Shown: positions 52,584 through 64,000 of the stretch, piece after piece
Layout of the letters: each line of letters opens with the position of its first letter
Position numbering within the stretch: the stretch's first letter is position 1
Notes under the pieces: model-generated
Databases searched by the model: none
What the model saw: only the letters and a program-made list of their open reading frames with translations
What the model was told of the DNA's origin: nothing
Program-made: the position numbers and the translations under genes
Source of the DNA: Podospora anserina
Lineage: Eukaryota
Reading direction: 5' to 3'
Length of the DNA: 64,000 nucleotides
Assembly (NCBI GenBank): GCA_017654855.1
Contig: CM030337.1
Location: 62,001-126,000, forward strand

Positions 52584-54132
52584 TTACACATTGACGGTGG
52601 AGCCGATGGGGCCGAAGCGGATGTTGGACCAGACAACCTTGCTGTAGTGTTTGTTAGCATCTGAACTGCACAGAGAAGCACAAGAGGCAGGCGAGGGACG
52701 TACGCGTTGGGGTAGTTGGCCTTGACCTCGGAGGGAACACCAGAGTCTTGGGCGCAAGGGCCACGGGCAGCACCGGGCTCGCCCTCCTTCTCAGGGGGGT
52801 AGACGGAGTCGAGCCAGAGCATGTTGGCGTAGTGATCGGCCCAGATGGACATGACGAGGACCATGGGGATGCGGAGGGCAGCGTTGAGCTGGGGGAAGTC
52901 ACCGACCTCACGGAAGCGGTTGCGGTCCGTGAAGACATCAAACTGAGTCGAGCAGAACTCAGGGGTGAGGTTGGGGCTGGCTGGGATGCCGTCAAAGGTG
53001 GGAGCGGGAGCGAGGATCTTTTGGCCGTTCTGGACGAAGAATTGCTCAAGGTTGTCATCCTGGAAGCGGGTGACAACGGTGAACTTCTTGGTGGTGTCGA
53101 CGGTCTTGCCCTTGCCGTAGAAGTCGGGGTTGCCCATGCGGTAGGGGTTGTAGTCGCAGCCGTTGGCGTCGCAGCCACCAGCGAAGCGGTCCTCGGAGTA
53201 GGTACCACCGCAGGTGTCACGCTCGCAAACGTGGTAGTTGTTGTTCTCGCAGGCGTGGGGGGTGAAGGCGTAGGCGTGGGCATTGGACTCCCTATTCTGC
53301 GTGTTAGCTTTTGTCGACTTGAAAACAAGACGGACCGGGTCGGTTAGACATACCAGACATCGATCTCGGCGCAGCAACCGCCATAGGGACCGACACCAGC
53401 GTTCTCATCGTTGGACGACTCGCGCCAGCCCTCAATGTTGGCCTTGCCACCGACGAACTTGAGATCACGAGCGCACTGGGCGTCGCAGTACTGTTCCCCC
53501 CCCCCCCATCATGTCAGTGGCTGGGAGGCAGGGCAGCGGATGGGAGAACTTACACCAGTACCGTACTTGGCACCAGCCTTGTTGGTGGGATAGCTGCGCA
53601 TGCCACCATCCTCCTCCATGGCGACGAAGTACAGGGCCGAATTGAGACCGCACTCGACCGTGGAGAGGTCGACGTCAAAGGTGAACTCGTTGTTCATGAG
53701 GGTGAACATCTGGTACTTGGAGGCACCGTTCATGAGGTAGAAACGAGAGCCGACGTTGGTGCCATACTCGTGCTTGGTGACGAACTTGAGAGTGAGGGAG
53801 TCACCGCTGGTGGAAGCACCGTAGGTCTGCTGGTAGTTGCCGGCACCCTCCATCAAGCACTTTGACGCGCAGTCGGTGGCGGTGCTGCAGGCAGCTGTGT
53901 TCCAGGCGTTGCCATCGTAGCAGTTGGTGCCGCCCGAGGTGTGGATCCAGCGCCAGTTGGAGTCGATGACGACCTCAGCCTGGACCGTCGTGCAGTTGGC
54001 CTTGCCCGTGCACCTCTTCCAGGTGATTCGGGGGTGAGTCTCGGTCTGCTGGGTGCCGACGCCCTGACCGGCGACGAGGCCGGTCATGAGGGAACCTGCG
54101 GCCAGGTACTGAAGATACTGCTTCATCATCAT
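52584..54132 (-). CDS. GH7 cellobiohydrolase without linker/CBM1
   Basis: Exons 54132-53554, 53490-53354, 53291-52704 and 52641-52584. N-terminal Gln after the signal peptide, [21 protein letters not shown], catalytic [29 protein letters not shown]. Confidence 0.96.
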
Positions 54133-56099
54133 GGTGGGCAACTCTTGGTGAAAAGATGGAAGAAGGGCTGGTGTTGCGTGATCGAGAAGAGAGAAGGACG
54201 TCGGTAGCACAGGGCGAGAGGTCGTTTATATGTTTTCCTGGGTCCATTCAAGAGAGACTGAATTCGGACTGAGAGGGTTCCCAGGCTGTGACGATCCCGA
54301 CCTCGACTCCCGTGCTGGAGCCTCCCGATTCGGAAACTTGGTTCCAGGCACCGCGTGAACCATCCAAAGAGCCGCTGCGTGGAAGAGTGAGCCGAATTCC
54401 CATATCCAAACCTCTGCGGTGCCATGCCTTCTAATTGATCAGCCAACGGTTAATCGTCCATTGCGAGAGGAAGAATCCGCGAGGTGCCTTGGCGGTGGTA
54501 GCGAGATAGATTAACTGCCGTGGAGATCTGGGGTAGGCAGATGGAGAAGGCACACGATGTGGTGTGGTGTGGCGAGCGTAATGTATTGTTGTTTACTTGC
54601 CGCCAGGGTTCTTGCTAACCCCCTGCCCCCCTGCCCCCCGGGTATCATTGCACCTCCACTACAGGCAAAAGTAAGAAAGAAAAGAAAAGGGGGCGATCCT
54701 CCTTGGTGCAGCACGTAGTAGTAGTAGGCGTCAGGCGTCAGGCGTCACGCCCACTGATGATCTCTAGTCTTTTTTCCCGGGTCGGTTTGGGCCAGTATTT
54801 GGAGGCATCGCAACTGAACACGGAGACTTGGCCCCGCAGTGCAACGTCGTCTCCAACCAGAGGTCCTTTCCCACAGCCATGTTCCGAGCCGGCCATCTTT
54901 TGCTCTAGGGCCAATATAAACGGCAATTAAAATCGGCCCCTCACTGAAGTGCCGAGCCAACTTCGATCGGACACCCCATTGGTGTTTTTGACGTGGTTGG
55001 CAGCCCTCGCCCACTCCATGACACCGTCTCAACCGGCGCCGAGACCGTTGCGGGGGCGGCAGTTGATGCAAACCTGGCCGCCCACTGCAACAACACCAGA
55101 CCTTGGCTTTATATACGGCTGGTATGATCTTAATTATCAGCTTTCGGATGCCTGTACCGGAGTGCCTTATTTGCCCACGAACCCCTGCACACTTCTTGTA
55201 CCCTCTCGCCTCATTTGTTGCCAATCACCGGGCGTCTGCTGCCAGGTGAGAAGAAAAGATAGGCGATAGAGGTTGGCGGCCGTGTTTGCCCCGTGAATTT
55301 AGCCCGGAGAATGAGCAAAGCGGAGCCCCCCGCTCCGATTCGTGGGTCGGCCGTGTTCGGCCAGACTACAGTCTCCCATATTATTTTATCTTGTTCCTGC
55401 AGTAGGTAGGCAATGAACTGTGCGAGGGCGCTTATTTCGTGCCGGTATCAGTTCCTGTTTCTCCTCAACAAGATATGCTCTGGGTTAACCTGCCAGTGGG
55501 GTCCTCGTTCCTACCTAAGTCTTGACTCCTGAAGGCGAGCTGAGCTCTTCAAAGCGGGTTCTTAATGAAGCCGTAAATGAATAGAAAACAAGCTCTGCTC
55601 CGAAAGGACTCTATATTGCGCTATTGTGTTCCACGTAGGGCAGTCATGTGTTGTCGCTTAGCCACCAGTGACCACATCCCGATCTCTCCAAATGAACGCT
55701 TCTTCTGAGAAATGGGTAGCGACAGTGGAAGGGAAGTCAATTTCCCGGTAGTACACACAAGACTTGAGAGAGTTCGGAATGACGGACTGTTATCCGGAAT
55801 GCAGATGGGCTTGGTTGGTTGGAAAAGGAATGGGTTTGTGGTGATCCAAAGGCTCAAGTGACGCTTGGAGTGTTGTCTGACGAATGACCAAAATCACCCG
55901 GAGAGATTGTAATGAAGAACAGGGTGCAGTGTTGCCACTCCCTTGAACAATTACAACATTTTCAGATGCAGATGGGCCAGCATGAAGGTACAATCTTTCA
56001 ACCCGGACAAGGTCAGCACTGGCCTGGCCAAGTGCACCAGAATACATTGCAATGATATATCAAACAACATGTATGAGTTATTATTCCCAATAGCTATCA

Positions 56100-58190
56100 T
56101 CACCAAGTATGAGCATCAGCCAACACACTCTCAGAAGCCTTCTCGCTGAGCATGAATGTGGGCAGCACCGGGAACGGGCCTGGTACTCTGGGGAAAGCAC
56201 TGGCATCGACCACCCTCAAGCCGCGAACACCCCTCACTCTGAACTTGCTATCCAACACTGCGTTGGGGTCAGAGTCAGCTCCGATAGCACATGTGCTTGT
56301 CGGGTGGTGTCCGAAAATCTGGTTCTTGAGCCACTCAATGTCGGCGGCGTCATCGCATGTGCCGTCGGCCGACATCCCGCCGGAGCATGGCGGCTCAACA
56401 GGAGAAATTGGCCCGAGAGGAGCTGGCACAGAGGCAAATAATCTCCTCACAAACTTGACAGTGTCCAACTCAGCGGCCAGATCCATGGCCGTGCCAGCGT
56501 CACCTTCTTCGAACAAGTGAAAGTTGATGCTCGGCACATCTCTGGGGTCGGTGCTGGTGAGGAGGACTTTGCCGCCGCGCGACTGGGGTCCGATCTTGAC
56601 GGTCGAGAAGCCAAACATGTTTGGCGGGTCGGGCACAATGCTATCAGTGGGTGGCCAAAAGCCTCTGAGTGCGAAGAGCCCGCCGACGAGAAACATGTCA
56701 CGCTCGTTGTAAGCCGGCGAAATGCTTTTCCTAAAGACCGCGTTGAGAGTGGCCCCCTTCATGTACGGTCCCTGCTGGCTTTGCCAGAGCGTGACACAAG
56801 GGTCCCCGGGTGCTCCAAACCAGCAAGCAGGGTCGGCCGGGTCGGGGGGCGGAGTGGTGAAATTGCTGGCCGCGTGGCCGACGATGGGAACCTCGTAGTT
56901 GTCTTGCAGGTTGGTGCCCACGCCTGGGAGGTTCTTCACCAGAGGGATACCAAAGGAAGCCAACTCTTCTGCTGGACCAATGCCCGAGAGCTTCAAGAGC
57001 TGGGGTGAGTTGAAGGTGCCACCAGACACAATGACTTCCTTGCGGGCAAAAGCGCGGCCCCATGTCCCGTTGTTGGAAGCTGTGTTCCTGGGATCTGCTC
57101 GATAGACGGACTGTCCTTGGAGGTACTCAATACCTGTTGCCTTGGGCTTGCGGTGGGGGTGATTGATATCCTTGAAGGTCACCTTGGTCGCCAGAGTGTT
57201 GAGCTGAATCCAGAGCGGATACTTCTTCTTGCCGGCAGCGGTGAGGGCACTGGCGGTCTCCAGAACAAGATCCCGGGAGGAGAAGCGACGAGCATTCTCG
57301 TCCGAGTGAACGGCAGAACCAAATACACCCACACTCTGGTCGCGGGCCGGGTCAAGGGCGTTGACGTCGGCTGTCAGGTGGTCGACAATATTCAGACGAT
57401 CTTGACCGAGGTCGTCGGCAGCCTCAGCCATCACCGTGGTCATGTCGTCTTGCCCCACCCAAACAGATTCATCGCTCATGCTTGTGTCAAAATAACCGTT
57501 GAAGCCATGACCCGGAGTGCCAGATGGTAGATAGTGGTTGTTCTCTATACGAGCAAAGATGGATCGCATGGCGGTAGGGCTGAGAAGAGACGGGTTGTGA
57601 CATTAGTTCTCTGCCGATTGCCGCGGGAAGAAAAATAAGGGGGTGAGAACTCACTTCCAACTTGTATCACCGGTCAGATCGGCTATAATTTGCCAATCGC
57701 TGTCACTGGGCAAGACGGATGACATGGCGTTGACAGCAGAACTTCCCCCAAGAGTTCCACCGCGGGGGTAATGAATACCCAAAAGAGTCGCTCCCGCAGG
57801 GGGGCTCGTGCCGACATAAAAGGTGCCATCGGTTTTGCGGTACACGCGATGGTTGTGCTGCAGTAGGCGACTCTCATTTGCGTAGTTGCGTACAAAGAAG
57901 TCCCATCGCATAGAGGCATCCTGGTAGGGCAAAAAGAATAGCGCCCCAATCTCGGACGTTGGGTTGTTGCTTTGGTCATCGCCGGCTTCGACCAAGAGCA
58001 CAGAGTGGCCGGCCTTGGCGAGGTTGGTTGCCAGAGGACCACCTCCAGGTCCAGAACCAACGATCACATAATCGTAGACGTTGTCTTCTGGTTTGGTGTA
58101 GCCGCCATGCCCACCCCCGCCGCCACCAGCAAAGGCCGGGATGGCGAAGATGGTCAAGCCGGTGAGGATGGTTGTTGTGAGGCGTAACAT
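56100..58190 (-). CDS. Secreted GMC oxidoreductase (AA3_2)
   Basis: Signal peptide, YDYVIVGSGPGGG, YPRGGTLGGSSAVNA, SGGTFNSPQLLKLSGIG, GVGTNLQD, GHHPTSTC, GLRVVDASAFP. Intron 57654-57580. Confidence 0.93.
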
Positions 58191-58687
58191 GGTTGAAGGT
58201 CAAGATAGGTCTAGTCAGACCTGGCCAAACTTTGGTGGCTCCTTGGACTTGATGATTCGGTGAAAAGAAACAACAGAGGGGGTTCTCTCATGCTTTATAG
58301 ATTCTGTAGCCACCAGGTACTAGTCGGGACTTCTTCGCAAGATGATCCCAAGGTAAGGGACTCACCTTCCTGTCTCTGGTCGATTTCCAGCCTCCCGGAT
58401 CACCTTTAGCTGTCGCGTCCCACTAACAAAGCCGCGATGTTGCGCTGGACCAGGGGGTTCTGTGGTTGAGCGGGGACGCCTTTCCTTCCCCGGACATTCC
58501 GGGCACACCACTGCATGTCAGCACTTGCCCCGCTCCGGCCAATTTGTCGGAGCAGACCCGCGATTGGGTGTTCTGGCTACCGAAGGGGGGTGTCGTTGGT
58601 GTAGAGAAGACCTCAAGAGAACCCAACATGCCTCCTCGATGTCAGAGCAGAGTCGGCTTGTGGCATGGCGCGTTAGGTATGAGGATG

Positions 58688-58717
58688 TAAAAAATAAAAA
58701 ATAAAAATAAAAAATAA
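58688..58717. repeat. (AAAAAT)n simple repeat
   Basis: taaaaaataaaaaataaaaataaaaaataa directly visible. Confidence 0.7.
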
Positions 58718-59061
58718 GAGATGGAAGGACTAATATTACCATGATGAGTCTTGGCATCTGCAGGTAAACGGCTGCCAGCCCCTGTCCATTCCGAGTTGGG
58801 TTGCTTTTTGTCCTGCCAAGGCCTCTACCATGTGCTGTTGTCTGCAGTGGTCCCTTGATGTTGGTTTCAACGGTCCATCTAACACTTAGAAGGGGAGCCA
58901 TCAAGGCAATAGTGTGACTGTTCCCCCGCTCGTGGCAGTGGGATCCGGCGACTCGGAAAGGATCCAGGAAGCTGGTAGCTAAAAAGCCGCCTCACAGACG
59001 GACTATTGATTCCTTGCCACGCACATAACAGTGTCTAGTGATGTACCTAGATACCTCATTA

Positions 59062-60229
59062 CTAATCCCAAGACATGAACTTGAGCGTCTGCCCTGCCCA
59101 TCGACTAGCTACATCTTTGACCTTGGCTGTTTCGTAGATGAACCAGTCATACGGATATGCTACATTTTCCTCGCTCAGGTCGGCTTCGGGAGGGAAGCTC
59201 CCATAGGCGCCAACAACCACGACGTCTTTAATGGTAGCATAGCCTCTCCCGTCAGAGGAAAACACTGCATTTCCAGTCCCAATTCCGTCAAACACACTCT
59301 TCTCTACCAGCACCTTCCCACCACTTCCAATGTCAAGACCTCTCTGTGGCTTCTCGTAGAACGAATTGAAGATATGCCCAGTGCCGGATCGGAACGACAG
59401 GGCATTGGTGACGTTCACAAAGTGGTTTCTCGCAAATGTTATGTGGAATTTGTCGTTGTCCTCAAGAGCGCTGCTGTGTGGGTGCCCGATTGCCACGGCT
59501 GAGTCGGAGGCGTGTGAGAAGCCGTGGAATTTGTTGTGGCTCACCGAGATGTAGTCACTGCCGCTAGTGATTCCGAGAAGCTTTCCACCCGAAGCCGAGA
59601 TGTCTAGATGGTCGAGCCAGATGGAGCGGCCGTTCTGGATAGTGATAGCGTCGGTCTTGGTGTTGGAGATGACTAGGTTACGGACGATAACGTTGCGGCT
59701 GTCTTTTAGCAACAGGCTGATACCACTCAGAGCTGTTAACAGCAAGTGTGGTGTGTCAGTGCTGAGCGACAAAAAAAAACTTGGTGTGTGAAACAACATA
59801 CAGCTTCCAGGAGCACCGATAATGGTCTTACTGGACCCTACTGCAACTTGGATGCCTTCTGCCTCAATAGCCGCACCGACAATAACCACGCCTACTTCTG
59901 TTCCTGCCACGGCAGCGGTAAACTCATCCACTGTCTTGACAAAGTTGTGCTCAGCCCCCCAGCCGCCAATAGTTCTGTTCATGTGCCATTCTTGTCAGAC
60001 TCGTCTTCGGCCGTGGGTAGGTCCAGATGATGATGATGATGGCGGGGGTTAATACTCACGCTCCGAACACAGAACAATAACCAATATTGCAGGCATCGTC
60101 GTATGTTGCCTCTTCCTGATCTTCCCAGTTCATCTGTCTTTTCGACAGAAGACGGGGCTTGTTGATCCTGACGGCGGTGGCAACCGTGGCAGCTGTGGCC
60201 AACCAAACAAGGGAGTGTGCAGCACGCAT
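59062..60229 (-). CDS. PL1 pectate lyase-like beta-helix protein with degenerate catalytic motifs
   Basis: Exons 60229-60060, 59974-59802 and 59732-59062. Signal peptide, IGYCS...TIGG, VGSSKTIIG, NVIVRNL, DAITI, IWLDH, ISVSHNKFH, GHIFNSFY. Confidence 0.85.
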
Positions 60230-60906
60230 CTCTGTTTGACGCTTTCTTATGACTTCAGGCGTCACGGATCCTTGTAATCTTGTTTGATCAATGTGGGAAA
60301 AGTCACCCCTTCTTAAAGGGAGTTGCTGGGTGCGGGGGCAAGCGCTCAAAGTTCATGGGGTACCTGCATCTCATCAACACGTCTGATAGTCTGTTTCCCC
60401 GCTTCATTTACCATGTTTGACGTTTGTCTTGGAGAATGGTGCTTTCAGTGGAATATATTAACGACTGGAACATTCTTCGAGGCTTAAACGGGTAATTTGA
60501 CTTCATGCGACACCAAGCCCGGTAAATGGTCCGGCTTGAAGGGCTGCGCCAAGAGATCTACATTTTGATTTTGACGTTCCGCAGCGGTGTTTCTTTAAAG
60601 CCCGTTTCCAAGTGAAAGTAAGCCAGGAGTTTGGGTACCTATCTAGGTGTTGGAGTTGAAATCAGGCCTATATCCGGGGAGGCCCGACGGAAGGGCTGAG
60701 AGTGGACAAACTACCCCCAAACATCGTCTCCCGTTGTTGCAGCCCAGCATGTGCCTTCCACGTGGTCTGATATTATAGTATATTTCAAAGATTATTTGCT
60801 ATGTTCTAAACAAAGCACTAGGTAGCAACAAGACCATATCAATCCAGCAATTTCTATCCTTCTTGCCATGTTCGTCATAGCCAGTACTTCACATAGTAAG
60901 GTGCCT

Positions 60907-62660
60907 TTATAGATAGACGCTCGCATCAACACCAACCCCGCCATGTTCCCGAACCTGTTCACCTACACGGGAAGGACCCAGGCCAAGAATAAACAGGTAT
61001 GCTTTCAGATCCTCAATCTTTCTTTTCAGCCAATCTAGGCTATTCTCAATATCGCCGTCCTGGTAGGCGAGGGGAAATCCAGCCTCAACAATCACAACCT
61101 TTCTCTCCTGCTCTCCTTCCTCTTTTTCCTCGAGGAGGGGCTCCATCTCCATGGTCTTATCTTTGATTTGGTACTCAATTTCCTTCCTATCCTCGGCGAG
61201 CTGAGCCAAGGTGAGCTTCATAGGTCCCACTACCTGAGCGGCCAGGGCGGGGTGGTTTTCCTGCCAGACCTTGAACTCGGCAGCTTCCAGGCCTGCCTGC
61301 GTCATTTGCCTCTTTGATTCAATGTTGACCAACATCTCGCGGCGCTCGGCAAGGAACTTGGTGGCATCTTCGAGCTGACTTGTAACTTTCCCCAGAGCCT
61401 GATCAATCTTGGCAAGGCGCTGCTGGTGACCAGCCATTGCAACCATCAGATCCTGGTACTGATGGAGCTTCTGCACAAAGCTAGATTTGGTGGCATCAAC
61501 AAGGAACGAGATGGCTTCGTCTTCTTTGTAGGCAACGGGAGCGGCAGTGTTGACGGGCTGGTAAGCGTCACTGCTGGCGTTGGGTGTTTCCTGATCAGTA
61601 CAGCGGCGCTTTCGACTGGCTGCTTGGTCGCTATCAGTCTCGGCAGCAAGGTCTGAGTCTTCGGCCCCGTTCTGGAATGCCAACAGCTGTTGGGCAGCGG
61701 ACATGTCGGTGAAGACAGCAGGCTTTTGGCCATTGGTATGTCCGGTAGTTTGACCATCGACTGTTGCCGCCGGGGTGGCCGGTGTATCATCATTGACTGG
61801 AGAAATCTCGTCATTGGCTGCTGGCACATTGCTGGGGGCCGAGGGTGGGGGTGAATCATGATGGCGCCTTTTCCTGACAGAGGTGCGGGTTGAGCGACGA
61901 CTCGGCATCATGGGCACGCCGTCATCAGTCTCAGGCGTTAGCTGAAAGGTTGAAGTGACGTGCTGCAAGCCGGGGTCAATGTCCAGGTTGGGCGGTTGCG
62001 GGACGGCAGCGGCAATGATGGTATCGCCCTGATCTTGCTGTTGGTCGGGATGCTGCCCCTGCCACGGGTCTTCTTCCTGTTGGATGTTTTGAAACTGCTG
62101 GAGCTGCCGATGCTCTTGGGCGCTCTCTTGGACTTGAGCGGGTCCAGGCCCAGGAATGACGGGACTTGTGCTAGGGCTCTTGCGGCGGTTGCGCGCGCTT
62201 CGAACTCGGCCCAAACCAGGAAGTAAGCGTGGCCTGATCCCTTCAGGTATTCATCTATTAGAAACTGCGTCGATTCAAAAGCGATTCAGAAGGAAAAAAA
62301 CAAAAAAACAAAACGCCAAGGGGTCGTCTTACCTTCTCGGCTGAAGACCTCTCGGCAGTAAATCTCATCAGCCTCCTCAATGTCGGTGGGGATCCAGCGG
62401 TTTGGGTCGGAAGGAACACGAGGCAGGCCACGCGAAGGGTTCTGGGCGTGGCCGAGATAGAGAAGTCGCTTAGCTTCATCATAATCCAGAATCTGGCGTT
62501 CCCGGGACCAATAGTTGATTTGTCCCCAAACGGCCTGCGACGACGTGTTGTTGAAGTCGGCGAGAAGCGCGGCGCGCGAGAGCCTGTAGCGTTGGCACAG
62601 AGTCTCCAGTGCCTGAATGGCCCTAGGGTTCATGGCCTCCTCGCCGCCCTGGGGTGCCAT
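60907..62660 (-). CDS. Uncharacterised protein of about 550 aa (small helical N-domain, disordered middle with basic NLS-like motifs, C-terminal coiled coil)
   Basis: Exon 62660-62333 and intron 62332-62241 (GTAAGA...CTAAT...AAG) join in frame to the 435-aa ORF. RKRRH and RKRR motifs, and a heptad-like E/K/L-rich C-terminal region. Confidence 0.75.
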
Positions 62661-63395
62661 GACTAACAATGCTGCTGTACAGTGGCAGAATCGGCGTCAC
62701 GCTTGGAGTCACGATGAAATGATGAACAATTACGAGGCAAGTTGAGTTTGCTACTATGCGTCTGCAGCGTTTCCCGCTGTTTTCCCGACACGCTAAGTTA
62801 CTCGGTGCACCGTGCACGGCCCTGCCACACCAATCTTGGCAGCCCAGCTCTGTCCGGCCGTCGAAAACCTATCCATTGCCAATCTTGGCAGACTCGGCTG
62901 CTTGCCAGAAGTGTCTCGCACTGGCAAACGCCAAGCCCCAGGTGGCTTTTGTTTGGCGACCGTTTGGAACAAACAAGACATCAGGTAGATAGGTAGGCAA
63001 GGCCCAGAGGTCATAATTAATAAGAGAAGTAAGGCTTTTTTATCTAGTCATGATCATCGCCCGGACCCTGCCGCCATAACAGCCACTGTTCGGGTGTTTA
63101 CGGCAGACCTTCCTTCTTCCATTCTTGAGGCCTTCAGCTGGATTCCTCCCATGGGCAACAAAAAGTGGGTCGTCGCACCACCATCGTGCCATCTGGTCTT
63201 GTGCCACACCACGCAGGCTGGAATCATCAGCACACTTTGGACTTGTCTGGTGCCAACATGGACTTATGCCTGGAACGAGTTGCTGTTCTCAGTCCATCTT
63301 GGCGATGTAGCTGACAATATTTCGTGGGAGTGGGAGCCAAACAGAAAATAGATTAAGAGCCTCTGTCTCCCGCTCTCAATTCAGTATTTGGGTCT

Positions 63396-63430
63396 CACAG
63401 CATCACAGCATCACAGCATCACAGCATCAC
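63396..63430. repeat. Tandem octamer (TCACAGCA)x4 upstream of the last gene
   Basis: tcacagcatcacagcatcacagcatcacagcatcac directly visible. Confidence 0.85.
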
Positions 63431-63481
63431 CAAAGCTCAAAGACAATCAGAGACAAGTTACCTACATCAAGCAACTAAAAC

Positions 63482-63847
63482 ATGCCCGCCTTTCGTCCAA
63501 CTCCCCGCCTGTCGGCCGCTGCCCTTCCCAATCCTTCTTCCCTCCCCAGAGCAGTTCCCAAGGGAGTAGCAGCCAATGTTGTTGTTCCAGGCATCGTGGT
63601 GGCGGCATCAGGTAGCTCCCATCTCGCATCATTTCCCTTCCGAACGCTCGCTGACCCGGTTGGTTTTATAGTATACGGCGTAATCAGCTACATCAAAAAC
63701 CAACTGCAACATGAGTCATCCACCATCGACAAGATGTTTGCCCAAAAGAACACCCCCGCTGTGGAAGAATCGAGACGGAGAAGTCTCTTGGTGGATACGG
63801 AAGGCGACCCGAGGAGAACGCCCTACAACATTCTGAACTGGAAATAG
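63482..63847 (+). CDS. Small (about 101 aa) single-TM protein with presequence-like N-terminus
   Basis: ATG in AAAC context, intron 63612-63671 (GTAGCT...GCTGAC...TAG). Arg/Ser/Ala-rich acid-free N-terminus, hydrophobic VVVPGIVVAASVYGVISYI, C-terminus DPRRTPYNILNWK. Confidence 0.7.
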   Translation: MPAFRPTPRLSAAALPNPSSLPRAVPKGVAANVVVPGIVVAASGSSHLASFPFRTLADPVGFIVYGVISYIKNQLQHESSTIDKMFAQKNTPAVEESRRRSLLVDTEGDPRRTPYNILNWK

Positions 63848-64000
63848 AGGATGCGAGATTGTTTTGCTTTTAGTGACTGGAAGTGGCGCTGGTTGAATTT
63901 AGTCGGCATAGGTAGCCTGTGGCATTTTGGGTTTTGTGCAAAGGGAAGGTGGCTCAAATAATATGAAGTTTCTACCTATGACTAGGTACTGTACAACACC

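Noticed and set aside
53496..53507. Poly-C (poly-G on the coding strand) run in GH7 intron 1
   Set aside because: Simple intronic homopolymer between the branch point and the acceptor, with no evidence of function.
8964..55304. GGCTAA (XlnR/Xyr1-type) hexamers upstream of CDH (8964), the first LPMO (12941), the second LPMO (48934) and GH7 (55299, reverse)
   Set aside because: A hexamer is expected about once per 2 kb on two strands, so single copies are not distinguishable from chance without conservation data.
1..64000. Transposons, LTRs, tRNA/rRNA genes, CRISPR arrays, amyloid-signalling motifs next to the HET gene
   Set aside because: I saw no transposase or RT motifs, terminal repeats, cloverleaf or 5S-like sequence, repeat-spacer array or HET-s-like repeats by eye. 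Short degenerate elements could have been missed without RepeatMasker or tRNAscan.

Overview
This is eukaryotic, intron-containing DNA from a Sordariales fungus, very probably Podospora (anserina or a sibling). The aspartic protease at 44.3-45.7 kb matches podosporapepsin (papA) as I recall it. The supplied ORF track ignores splicing, so I built gene models by hand from GT-AG introns with CTAAC/CTGAC-type branch points. About 21 intact genes and 4 decaying gene relics are visible. The window is a mosaic. A conserved housekeeping core at about 23-43 kb holds an EDC4/Pdc1-like decapping scaffold, a BC10/BLCAP homologue, a rhodanese-PTP phosphatase, RPT6 and a Vnx1-type cation/H+ exchanger. Two accessory, secretome-rich flanks surround it. 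Left flank: MFS transporter + Zn2Cys6 regulator, HET-ankyrin protein, a cytochrome-less cellobiose dehydrogenase convergent with an AA9 LPMO, a collapsed GH2 relic, an SDR, a doubly broken small secreted protein, PTR2 and an amidase. Right flank: papA, an Alt a 1-like protein, a second AA9 LPMO, two relics, GH7, an AA3_2 GMC oxidoreductase, a probably inactive PL1 and two uncharacterised genes. The most interesting candidates are the flavin-only CDH/LPMO pair, the HET-ANK protein with no nucleotide-binding domain, and the PL1 pseudoenzyme. I recognised no RNA genes, CRISPR arrays or transposons.
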